Below are positions 26,901 to 36,740 of a stretch of DNA of 64,000 bases, piece after piece. Below the pieces are notes generated by a model. The model was given only the letters and a program-made list of their open reading frames with translations. It was not told the DNA's origin and did not search any database. Position 1 is the first letter of the stretch. Each line of letters starts with the position of its first letter. The stretch covers positions 186,001 to 250,000 of the forward strand of contig JAUGWO010000069.1 in the NCBI GenBank assembly GCA_049724395.1. The letters run 5' to 3'. The DNA comes from Spongospora subterranea f. sp. subterranea. Its lineage: Eukaryota. A program made the position numbers and the translations under genes.

Positions 26901-27018
26901 CCTGGCCGAGCGCGTTGAGCGCCTGGGCACGATCATGGCCCAGGTCGCGTTCGACCTGTTCAGATCGACCTGCCCTCGTATCGACTCGCTAATCGCCCGT
27001 TATTCGGTCGTACCCTAA
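23926..27018 (+). CDS. Large hypothetical protein (~1000 aa, intron 26028-26093) with RIIa/Dpy-30-like docking motif(s)
   Basis: 701-aa and 310-aa ORFs are joined in frame by gtaagg...tgcag. The N-terminal YLAQHQILPRFDQAIREILSSFPANPYFVLVEH resembles a dimerisation/docking domain. Coding sequence is GC-rich. Confidence 0.7.
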
Positions 27019-27169
27019 ATCGGTCCACCAACAACACTAATAGCGCCAAGAGAAACCACCGAGCAATGTCCATCGATCCCGTCCAGCGACACGAGCCCGG
27101 TTCATGGCGTTGGATCGTTTTCGTTTAAGGGCGTGCGCGTTTCCCCCCATCGTTCGACGCGTCGAAAGA

Positions 27170-28525
27170 ATGGCCTGGAGGGAAGCGTCGTTCTGGTTCA
27201 TGATCGTGTGCACTGCCGTCTCCTCGCTCCCGCTGTGTCTGTACTATAGGCGGCGCCACATCACCATCATCCGCCTGCGAATGCCGTTGACGACGCTGCT
27301 GGTGATCTCGTGCCTGAACCTGCAAATCGTGATGCGGTTCCTGTCGCTGCTCGGCCACGCCACCTGCTTCGCCTACGATATCGTGGAGAACTACACGGGG
27401 ACGATCGCCCTGGTCGGGATGTCGTTGCGGGCCGGGTCGCACCTCTGGGCCTATCGCATCAGCAAGGCGAAGCTGGCGTTGACGGCGCGAATCCCCAAGA
27501 CCAAGGGCCGCGACGACCACCGGATCGTTCCCGACGGCGACCACCGGATCGTTCCCGACGACGACCATGTGGCGAAACAGTTCCTTGGTGAGATCTCCCC
27601 GTCGGATCGGTTCTATCTCGACAAGCACTGGCTGTTGTCGACCAAGGTCGCGGTCCTGTTCTGGGTGATCAACGGCGCCATCATAACGGTCTACACAGCC
27701 GTCGACGTCTGGCTTAACGAGTTGGATCGGTCGAGCTGCGCCCCGAACCCATCGTCGCTCGTTCGCTATCAACAGGTCTGGTACGCAATGTGGCTCGCCA
27801 TCTTCACGTTCGTGGTCGCCCGCCTACGACATTGCGTCGACAATTTCGGGGTGAAGTGGGAGCTGGTGACGGCGTTGGAAATTTCAATGGCGATCGCGAT
27901 TCTTTGGGTGATTCCGCCCGTTGTCGCGTTCCAGAACACGTATCCGGTTCTGTCGGCCGTGTTCTGGTTCCTGATCGAGCTCTGGAACGTGCTCTTCATC
28001 TTCGTCCCGCTCTGCCTCTCGTACTCCAAGCGGCCCGGCCACGACGACGGCGCGCTGCCCAGCCTGGAACAGCTGCTCGAGACGCCCGACGCGATTGCGC
28101 CATTGGCCTGCTTCTTTGAGTCGGAGTTCTGCGTCGAGAGCCTGTTCTTCCTGCTGGCCGTTCGCAAGCTAAGGGCAACGGATGCCAGGAAACCGCCGTT
28201 GGCCAGGACCAGGCAATCACTGATCCAGGTCCTGGGTGCTGGAATTAGGAATCCGCTGGGCGAGGTCGAGGTGACGATCGAGATGCGGAATCAGGCGCTG
28301 GCCGAAGCCAACGACATATTCGCGACGTATTTCCGCGAGGCGTCGCCGTTCATGGTGAACGTGTCGAGCAGCACACGCAGCCTGATCACCGAGCGATTGC
28401 AGAACGGGGATGTCGACGGCACGTGCTTCGATCCCGCCTATACCGAGGTCAAGGCCATGATAGAGCAGGACGCGTATCTGCGATTTCTGCGATCCGAATA
28501 TGGACAACAGCTGCTGAAGAGCTAA
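27170..28525 (+). CDS. 7TM-RGS protein (seven-TM domain plus regulator of G-protein signalling domain), intronless
   Basis: About 7 hydrophobic helices including DNFGVKWEL. RGS motifs FESEFCVESLFF, IFATYFREASPFMVNVS and FDPAYTEVKAMIEQDAYLRFLRS. An alternative start lies at 27104. Confidence 0.88.
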   Translation: MAWREASFWFMIVCTAVSSLPLCLYYRRRHITIIRLRMPLTTLLVISCLNLQIVMRFLSLLGHATCFAYDIVENYTGTIALVGMSLRAGSHLWAYRISKAKLALTARIPKTKGRDDHRIVPDGDHRIVPDDDHVAKQFLGEISPSDRFYLDKHWLLSTKVAVLFWVINGAIITVYTAVDVWLNELDRSSCAPNPSSLVRYQQVWYAMWLAIFTFVVARLRHCVDNFGVKWELVTALEISMAIAILWVIPPVVAFQNTYPVLSAVFWFLIELWNVLFIFVPLCLSYSKRPGHDDGALPSLEQLLETPDAIAPLACFFESEFCVESLFFLLAVRKLRATDARKPPLARTRQSLIQVLGAGIRNPLGEVEVTIEMRNQALAEANDIFATYFREASPFMVNVSSSTRSLITERLQNGDVDGTCFDPAYTEVKAMIEQDAYLRFLRSEYGQQLLKS

Positions 28526-29202
28526 AGGTGTCAACGAACGTACTAAAATACCATAACAGGAATCGCCAAGAACTCACTAAAACACAGATCTAGTACAGCA
28601 TTGAATTTTCTATAGATAACCGAGTAATGACGACCACTGAAATGTTGTCGATGTCACAGGCACAAACGAGTGAGATGTGGCGCCATCGTTCAACCCACAT
28701 GACCTGAGGGAGTTATCCAGTCGTCCTTTGATCAGGAAATGGGTCGAGAAAACAGAATACAGTTGTTGTCGATTGCTGGAAAGTCGAGTGCTGCGGAAGC
28801 GATACCCAAGGGCCACCCGCCTCGAGTGCTTCGTTGGTTGTCGTTCCGCATTCCCCAGGACGTTGGGCCGGTTTCGCGTGAATGTCGTCGATGACAACCC
28901 CCGAAATCACACCAATCCGGCTCTCCTGACTGACGAAAAACAAACGTGCTGGAGTGTGTCTCTGCCATGGATGGCCATCTCACTATCATTTACATGACGA
29001 TCAAACGCAAATTAATCAACTTCCAACAAACTAAAGTATCCGCAATGACCCTTAAAATCGAAATAAACCCGAAAAACCAAAAAATCAGCATCCAACGGAA
29101 GTCTGACGAACATTCTAAAGAAATCAAAATCAATCTCGAATGTCAACGACCTTTCGAAAATGCGAATTTCGAAAAAACAAAAATAACTTTTTTAAATCGC
29201 AG

Positions 29203-30430
29203 TTAAAATTCCTTAATGGCGTCAAATTTTGCATGGTTTATTTTGTTGGTGTAGTGGCCCAACAGGTAATTAAAACGGGGCGTCACCGACCGGTACGTCA
29301 TTCGGTCGACAATTGCTCGCCTCATGACCAACTTCCCCTTCGTTGCATCGTCCCGATGGAGGGGAGGAGCGTTCACCTCCCCCCTTTTTGATTGCGATCG
29401 GGAAATCAGTCGCGGTGGATCACCTGCAAAATACGTCAGCCGTTTCGATGGGGGAACACATTGGCTGTGTGGTTCATCAGGGGTCCAATACAGTTCAGTC
29501 AAAATGTCATTAGGAGTGACAGGGAGCAGTTGCTGCAATTCTAAAACAGCTTTGAAAACGGGACGGTCCATCTTGACACCGAATAGGTCATCGATATCAG
29601 CGTCTGACCCCGGGAACGCAGCGTGACAATACTGCATAAGCAATGATGGGATGACATTGCCCGATTGAACAGCGCCCGTGCAGTTCTGGATACGCATACA
29701 GAAAGTCGGGGGCACCTCCTGGAATAATACTGCTTTTTCGCATCTTATGCGCATTCCACTCCTCAAATATCTTGTCAAGGGTTTCTTCAAGAAGATCACC
29801 GAACACGAAAATGGCGCAACGATATTCGTAATCTTCGTCGACGTTGTAGTTTCCGTCGCACTCCAACCCGTTGAGTTCATCTTGTTCCACCAACATTCAG
29901 TTCTCTAACTGGCAACTGAGCGGCCGAAGATATGAACGCTCTGCCCATAAAAATGGCACAGAACGGCAGCAATGATTGTGTTCTCCGCGCCGCGATCTGT
30001 TCGCTGACGGGCTGGCATGCACCCAACACTTTCAGCCGCAGAAAGGTAGTACGCCAGGATTTGCTCTGGCAGGCGGTTAGAGGATCCCATCCTCAACCAC
30101 ATCAGTTTACGAGAATATCCATCGATTGCACCATGTATATCGAATCCGAACTGTCGCAATTTATCGTTTCTGGTCGATGTGCCACAAGGCATTAGGACCA
30201 GCGACCTCATGCTCCGGACGCGTTAAACGCCTTTTCCGACGAGATGCGGTTGCATCGGGATCGAGATCGCGTTGGGCCTCATTGACAGCGTCACGTGTCA
30301 CGTTTATATTGTACTTCTCTCGCAACCTTAACGTCGCTGTTCGGCAACCCATCGAACGACCGTCCCCGTGAGATTCCAGAGAGACCATTGATTCTACCAA
30401 CGCTTGCGGCACGTGCTTCCGGGCTCTGAT
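29203..30430 (-). mobile_element. IS3EU-like DDE integrase-core transposase pseudogene
   Basis: VAGPNALWHID, DKLRQFGFDIHGAIDGYSRKLMWL, MPARQRTDRGAEN and EEWNAHKMRKS...GAPDFLYAYPE, interrupted by frameshifts and stops. Confidence 0.75.
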
Positions 30431-31443
30431 TCCCTTTTCCTACAATCGAACAACGTCATCCAATATTCCCTATCGCAAACCTTCCCAATAAATCAATCAC
30501 GACTGTAAGTGGAGGGGATTGCTATGGCAAGCAAAGGCGGCGCCGAAACTATTCCGCTCGGAAAGCACGTTTCGGTCATGGAACCTTTGGGATCAAACAA
30601 GCCACGAGGTGGCTTGCTAAACACCTAAATTATGGTTTAAGCGGTGAGGGAGTGCTGGTTACTGCAAGTGTGTCATGTTGCAAAACTTCGCCGATGTTTT
30701 CGGCAAGTATGACGCCCTGCGCGATGGGGCGGTACCGGGCACAAATCTTGCGCCTCCTCGAGGCACGTACGTCCAGAACTGTTTAATACTAGTAATTTAT
30801 CAAATTCATGAATCTACAAACAGGTTGAGCCTTGCGAGCAAGGATGACCTTATTTGTTAAGATATATTGACTGTTCAACCATCTTCTGGGAGTACGTTTT
30901 TGCCCCATTACATCATAAAATGCAATTTTAATTCATTCGAGATTGAACCCCAGCGAAATTTTGCATCTCCCCCACCGCGTGAACCATAATGGGTTGGGTA
31001 GTATGTTTCGTCGTCTAATACTAGCAGAAGCGATATATCGACGTCGTTTTTTTCATTAATTTGGACATCGAGGTGATGAATTCATACGGCTCTCAGTACC
31101 AAGGTTAAAAGCAATCGACAAGCGATCTTCGTTCAAATAATTTGTGGGGAATGGTCCCGGACCCAGGTATTGTGTTATATTGTCAAATCTGACAGAGATT
31201 TCGTCAATTTAGCTTCGACCCTAGCTCTTTCCGACTTCAAACGCATTCTGGCGGCGATGCCGTCGATGAGTTCTTTGTTGCGATTCAGCGCGATTGACAT
31301 CAAAATGAAGTTGAACGTGACGCTGTCTACCTCGCGCTCAGCCAACTGTTCGTCGTTTCAGACATACTCGAGGCAACATTGGTTTGCCATTGTCGTTCAC
31401 CATTTTAACAGCAGCCTGCGAGTACTCAACTTGACAAGCCATG

Positions 31444-31659
31444 TCGGATTGTTTGTGGCAGCAGATGTGAAATCTGTCCACAACCCAGCGAACACAATTG
31501 GCACATTGGTTGTGCTCGTGTCGCCTCAAATATGGACCGAGACGACGTCATTTTCAATCGGATTGTTTGTGGCAGCAGATGTGAAATCTGTCCACAACCC
31601 AGCGAACACAATTGGCACATTGATTGTGCTCGTGTCGCCTCAAATATGGACCGAGACGA
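31444..31659. repeat. Direct duplication of 102 bp (31444-31545 and 31558-31659)
   Basis: Near-identical copies of tcggattgtttgtggcagcag...atggaccgagacga inside the KDZ-like remnant. Confidence 0.93.
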
Positions 31660-32700
31660 ACAGGCATTGTCGAAAACATGACGTCCGGCCGGTCGGTGAC
31701 ATCAAACTCTTTCAGACTATTCTCCACAAACAGAGCAACGTCTTCGAAGGCCTCTGTTGTGAATATCGGTTGGAGAGTGATGATAACGCCGCACGGCCAA
31801 ACCAACACAAGAACGTCAGGTGTGTACGCGGGTCCAAAACGGGAATTAAGTTTGCCAGCTTTTCTTGCGGTCTGTAGTTCTGCTTCCTCTTTCCTGGCAT
31901 CATTGGCGGAAATCGATTTGCTGATGCCCCACGACTTGTCATGTTTTTTAGTTGCTGCCTTTCGCATCTTAGAAACTTCGAATTGCTGTCATAATTGTTC
32001 ATGGGTGGGATCATCGCAACATTCTACGAAAGCGTCTCTTAGCTGACAGGAACAGCCATCCACGTGGCAAATACTGGCCAAGGTTTCGTGCTCCTTGCAA
32101 AGCTAGCTGTCTGCTCACAATAGGTAGTGGACAGTGCTTTCACCAATACACCATCTGTGTGCGACACTTGATCAAACAAGAATTGCTTGACATTACAGTC
32201 CTTTGATCGCGTGATGTTATGGTATTGTCTTTCACCAACGAACGACCAACGACAACTCCGTTGGTTGTTATAATCTGACAGTTCCTTCCCTGCCGGATCG
32301 CACAACCAGTTTGATCTTGCACATTGGGCAGCTGGTAAAGCTACAGCACAGCAAAAGCCCGAAGTTGCCAAGTCGGTTCGATGAAATTCCAGCGTCATCG
32401 CGGTCCGTAACAACGCGCGTGAGCACATTGACCATATCATCATGGGCGACGACAACATCCAAACAGATCTGTGCCATCTCAACAGCGATTCAAAAGACAT
32501 AATGTGTTTTCAGCACATGTTTTACTTCTGGTGTTGTACATGGAGCCACCCAGGGATATATGTTATCCCAGTTCGTCAGTAATGCTTGAACGAGGCGGGA
32601 CTGACTTACAATAGACAGAATAAATATTGTCTGAATATGACGTGATCCACACAATGAGCACTGCGAGAACAGTGTGGCGTCATATCAGGGTTGGCGACCG

Positions 32701-32924
32701 ATTCTTCTCTATCGATTGTCGGTTGTCGCCATCATCATCATCAAGTGAATCACCCTAATCTTCTCTATTGATTGTCGATTGTCGCCATTATCATCATCAA
32801 GTGAATCACCCTATTCTTCTCTATTGATTGTCGATTGTCGCCATTATCATCATCAAGTGAATCACCCGATTCTTCTCTATTGATTGTCGATTGTCGCCAT
32901 TATCATTATCAGGTGGATCAACCG
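32701..32924. repeat. Minisatellite, 56-bp unit x 4
   Basis: attcttctctattgattgtcgattgtcgccattatcatcatcaagtgaatcaccc(t/g) is repeated head-to-tail with no spacers. Confidence 0.93.
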
Positions 32925-33749
32925 ATTGTTCATCATTGTTTGTCGATGATGCCGAATAATCTCATCAAGGGGTTCGCTCTGCTCTTCCCGGTTTAAATTT
33001 GACAGAAGCAGGTTGGAGTCAAAACAACAATTTATTGAACTCAGATTTCCAACTAAAACCCTTTCATCTGGTCTCCATAAGTTTCATCAAGTCATCATGC
33101 GTGCTCGTCGATGAAGGGATAGAGACCGTCGAGATCATAACTGAGAACAATCCTGTCGGTTTGAGACGGCGTTTCCATAGCCGATTTAAACTGGGCGGGC
33201 TCAAGCGCAGCGATAATTGCCGACACCTCGCGAGCGCGCAATAACGGCTCCCGTTGAAACAAGTCGGTCAGTCCAGTATCTCGGATCGTCCGAACGGATT
33301 TTCTCAAATAAACTAAACACGCGAAGCTTTGGATCCTGTTGTCGGACATCGATTCGCAGGCCGTCGAAAACCGCATCAGGATCAAAGGAAAAGGCGATGA
33401 TTGTTTTACAACAATTTATGTCCAGTGTAAGTTAACCACTGGTAGATATCAGGTTGGTCGTCTTTCCAACAGCGATTTCGTTTCGTCCCGAACGCTCACG
33501 CAGAAGTCCAAAGTCTTTCGTCGGTCGCGTTGGCGACGGAGATGCCGACGACATCTCGGATTTCAAACTGAACGATGGTAGCCAATAACATTCGGTCAAT
33601 CAACTTACGAATTGGTCGGGGGGTAACTGCAGTATCACGCCCGACTCTGAAAGCGGATCCACGTACGCTTCATAATCGTTTAACAAAACGATGACGTCAG
33701 GGACGGCGTAGGAGGTAAGTTGGGCGGGCGGAAGCGGAACGACAGTTTC

Positions 33750-33825
33750 GGATCGATGGTCAATACGGATGGAGGATTTAGATTACACCATTGAACATAT
33801 TCCTGGCGAACTCAATGTGTGGGCT
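33750..33825 (+). mobile_element. Ty3/Gypsy RNase H C-terminal fragment
   Basis: Translates as DRWSIRMEDLDYTIEHIPGELNVWA, matching the Gypsy RW..L..FDY.I.H.PG..N..AD motif. Confidence 0.7.
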
Positions 33826-33856
33826 TGTCCACAATCGTGGGTGTGTTGGCGACCCG

Positions 33857-34560
33857 AGTCCAGGATCGTAATTCCTGAGACGCCAACACAGTTTAGGCTG
33901 CGGAACCGGCACATAGCCGTAAATTAATCCAGCTCTTGCCGAGGACGTCCTGCGACCTGACGGTGCATCCGGATGCGTATTGCCGCACAGGCCGCCATGT
34001 CTTCCTCGTCTCCACGTCGGTAGCCCAATGCAAGAACATTATCCCTCAACGGAATATTCCGTGCGGTGCAGCATTGCATCATCGACGAGTGGATCGTCGT
34101 TAAAAGATACCGAGCTTTCAGTGTTGAAACTGGCCGCAATCTAAGAATCATCCAGTCAGCGCCGTTAGTAGATGTATGAATGTACGAGGTTCAGTTACGC
34201 GTTTGGATGTTGCGATGAACCTCGTACATTCATACATCTACTAACGGCGCTGACTGGATGATTCTTAGATTGCGGCCAGTTTCAACACTGAAAGCTCGAT
34301 TATCAAATATCTTTTAACGACGATCCACTCGTCGATGATGCAATGCTGCACCGCACGGAATATTCCGTTGAGGGATAATGTTCTTGCATTGGGCTACCGA
34401 CGTGGAGACGAGGAAGACATGGCGGCCTGTGCGGCAATACGCATCCGGATGCACCGTCAGGTCGCAGGACGTCCTCGGCAAGAGCTGGATTAATTTACGG
34501 CTATGTGCCGGTTCCGCAGCCTAAACTGTGTTGGCGTCTCAGGAATTACGACCCTGGACT
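33857..34560. repeat. Long near-perfect inverted repeat (arms 33857-34193 and 34216-34560, 22-nt loop)
   Basis: The arms are reverse complements except for one ~8-nt indel near 34299 and isolated mismatches. Confidence 0.96.
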
Positions 34561-35083
34561 AACGAAGAACGGAGATTATCGGAAGAAATCCAGGAAGCCC
34601 TTAAAGGGACAGTGATCACTAATGCCGAGGGCGGAAAAGAAGAAGAAGAGAAGTAAGATGGGAGAAGAAGAAGGATGAAGACAAGAGGAAAACGGATCGA
34701 TAGAAGTATTATTTCTCATTGGCCGGGGCGGTCATCAGTCAAGCGATCCGATTATTGCGATATATTCCAGACACGATATCGGTCTTTCATAATTTTACAA
34801 TGGCGAGTGTATTGAACGTAGCGCGGCGAGCCTTCGCTGACATTCGGGAAATGATAATCCGTCACCCAGGGAAATGTGCGTTCATCAATTTAGACCCATT
34901 GTTCAAAGATGACTTTTCTGACATCATCTGCTCTAGTCATCCGGCGTAACGGTTTTACAAGTGAATAAATATAATTAAAAAAAGTTGTGCAAAATTGATT
35001 TTGTTTTTTCATAAGTGATTTAGTTACTTTTTTTTTAATTTTTTAAAGAAAAAAAAATTAATAAAAAAATTCTGACAGCCTCG

Positions 35084-35351
35084 ATGGACACATCGAGAAA
35101 CCGAAAGAAACTTCTTCAAGTATTAACAGACTCAAATTGTGGTTGAAGCTTGTTTTGTCATCAGTGTTTTAGGCCCAGCTTGAGATGATTCAAGAGCTAC
35201 GATCAAACCAAAAAGTAATAACAGACTCAAATTGTGGTTGAAGCTCATGTCTCATCAGTGTTTTAGGTTCTGCAGGAAATCAAAATGGTAAAAGTATCAA
35301 CAGACTCAAATACTGGTTGGCTCACCGTTTTCTTAGTCACTAAAAAATTAA
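35084..35351 (+). other. Mini-ORF interrupted by three mutually homologous GT-AG intron-like units
   Basis: Units 35120-35172, 35215-35266 and 35294-35336 share gta..aacagactcaaa...tggttg...ttag. Removing them yields a 39-aa ORF. Confidence 0.5.
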
Positions 35352-35711
35352 AATCAATAAATAGTATATATACTTTATTAGAAACAGTTTGCAATTTGCT
35401 GTTTTTAAAATTCTTAGAATGAATTAAAAAATTTACATTAAAAATGAAGCTGAATAAAATAAGTTTATAACAATTACATGTGAAATTTTGGAACTATTTT
35501 TCCCCTGTGCTTTGTAGTAGCGGAAGGTGCGGTAATATTCGTGTTGGCAAAATTTCAATACAGTTGAAATAATACGCCTATGGATGTAATTTCTTTATGA
35601 TCAGTCGTCATCGCTTTGCTTCTCTTTTGGTAAGAGTAATCAGAAGCCGGTTGGGCTTGTCCACGTCATTGAAAACTGCCCGGTTTTGATAATCAGTTTT
35701 TACAGAAAGTT

Positions 35712-36083
35712 GTGGTGATGGATGACGATGGTCGGCTGTGTAAAAAACAGAAGGTCCTTGTCGAGACCGAGACTCTGTCGGTGTTGAAAGCCAGCTACCT
35801 AAATCATTTCTCCGACTACTCGCGAGGTCGTAAGACTATCACGCAAAAGCTTCCTGGCAAGGTGTGGAAGCTGGTCTTCGACGATTTCCTCACCGAGACT
35901 AAAAAGGCGTGTCTTGAGAAAGGGATTCCGTTCGGCGAAGATAAGCTTCCGTCATCAAGAACTCTTCAAGATTCTCTATGGGCGATTATTTCAACCGAAG
36001 AGACAGGAAACGCCTCCATCTGTTCTTTGGCCCTCCGATTCCCCACTCTACTTGAACTCGGACTGCAGCGTGTCGCTTGTTGA
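35712..36083 (+). mobile_element. Probable accessory (Myb/SANT-like) ORF fragment of a Harbinger element
   Basis: An ORF convergent on the Harbinger transposase. KVWKLVFDDFL...RTLQD resembles trihelix-type accessory proteins; this is a weak match. Confidence 0.35.
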
Positions 36084-36174
36084 AAGCACGAACGACCGGA
36101 TTTGCTTGATCTCCTTAAATTTCACGACCATCTATTCGCCTCAGGATATACATCTCGACACCCATGTACCCGAG

Positions 36175-36740
36175 TCACCTAAAAGGTATTCCTGAACGAC
36201 GAACATCATGAAAGGAACCAGCAAACGCTGGATCGCAATAGATTATCAGACCGTCATGATCAACAATAATTACATTGTTGAAACAATACATCGCCTTCCT
36301 CCTATTGTAATATCTCTTGTGCTCAGTGATGTTTGGCCGATTGATGCGACAGAGTGTACCGTCAACATGACCAATACAGCTAGGAAAATCAGGTAACCCG
36401 ACCAAGGCGGCTTCTTTTCTCTGCATTCGGCCTTTCAATCTCGTCGGAGAGCGCCATGTTGATAGCAGATGCAATGAAGACACTATCTGCATTCAGAGAC
36501 GTCCGAGAATAGTTCCACTCTGTGGCTTCATGCCTGGCTCCATTGTTGTGCTTGATGTAAAGAATAAATGATAGCAGACGCTCAGCAGGACAGAGGTTCG
36601 GTGGCCGCCCTTGCTTCACTTTCATTTCCCCCGAATGACGAGCATATAGAATTATTACAGGACATAATTTTTCACATAATCTTTCGCATTCCGAAAGAGT
36701 TGATTGAAACGGTAAATGGTGATCAATCAGCAACAATGGA
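36175..36740 (-). mobile_element. PIF/Harbinger (DDE_Tnp_4) transposase pseudogene
   Basis: GRPPNLCPAERLLSFILYIKH, then after a frameshift CIGHVDGTLCRINRP...YYNRRKAMYCFNNVIIVDHDGLII...AGSFHD. Truncated at the 3' end. Confidence 0.85.

Larger units (their letters stand above)
31200..33560 (-). mobile_element. CxC5/CxC6 KDZ-type (Kyakuja-Dileera-Zisupton) transposase remnant
   Basis: VWPCGVII...TEAFEDVALF...RPDVMF, VVDRFHICCHKQSDMACQ and SETTNSWL, with upstream Cys-cluster fragments (CPMCKIKL). Heavily frameshifted; boundaries are approximate. Confidence 0.6.

Noticed and set aside
32701..32924. Possible CRISPR array
   Set aside because: Head-to-tail 56-bp units without unique spacers, no cas genes, and a eukaryotic context. 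It is a minisatellite; the same applies to 53190-53372 and 20751-20866.
35120..35336. Repeat-spacer pattern as a CRISPR array
   Set aside because: Only three degenerate units with unequal spacers and no cas genes. GT...AG ends fit introns better, so it is reported as such.
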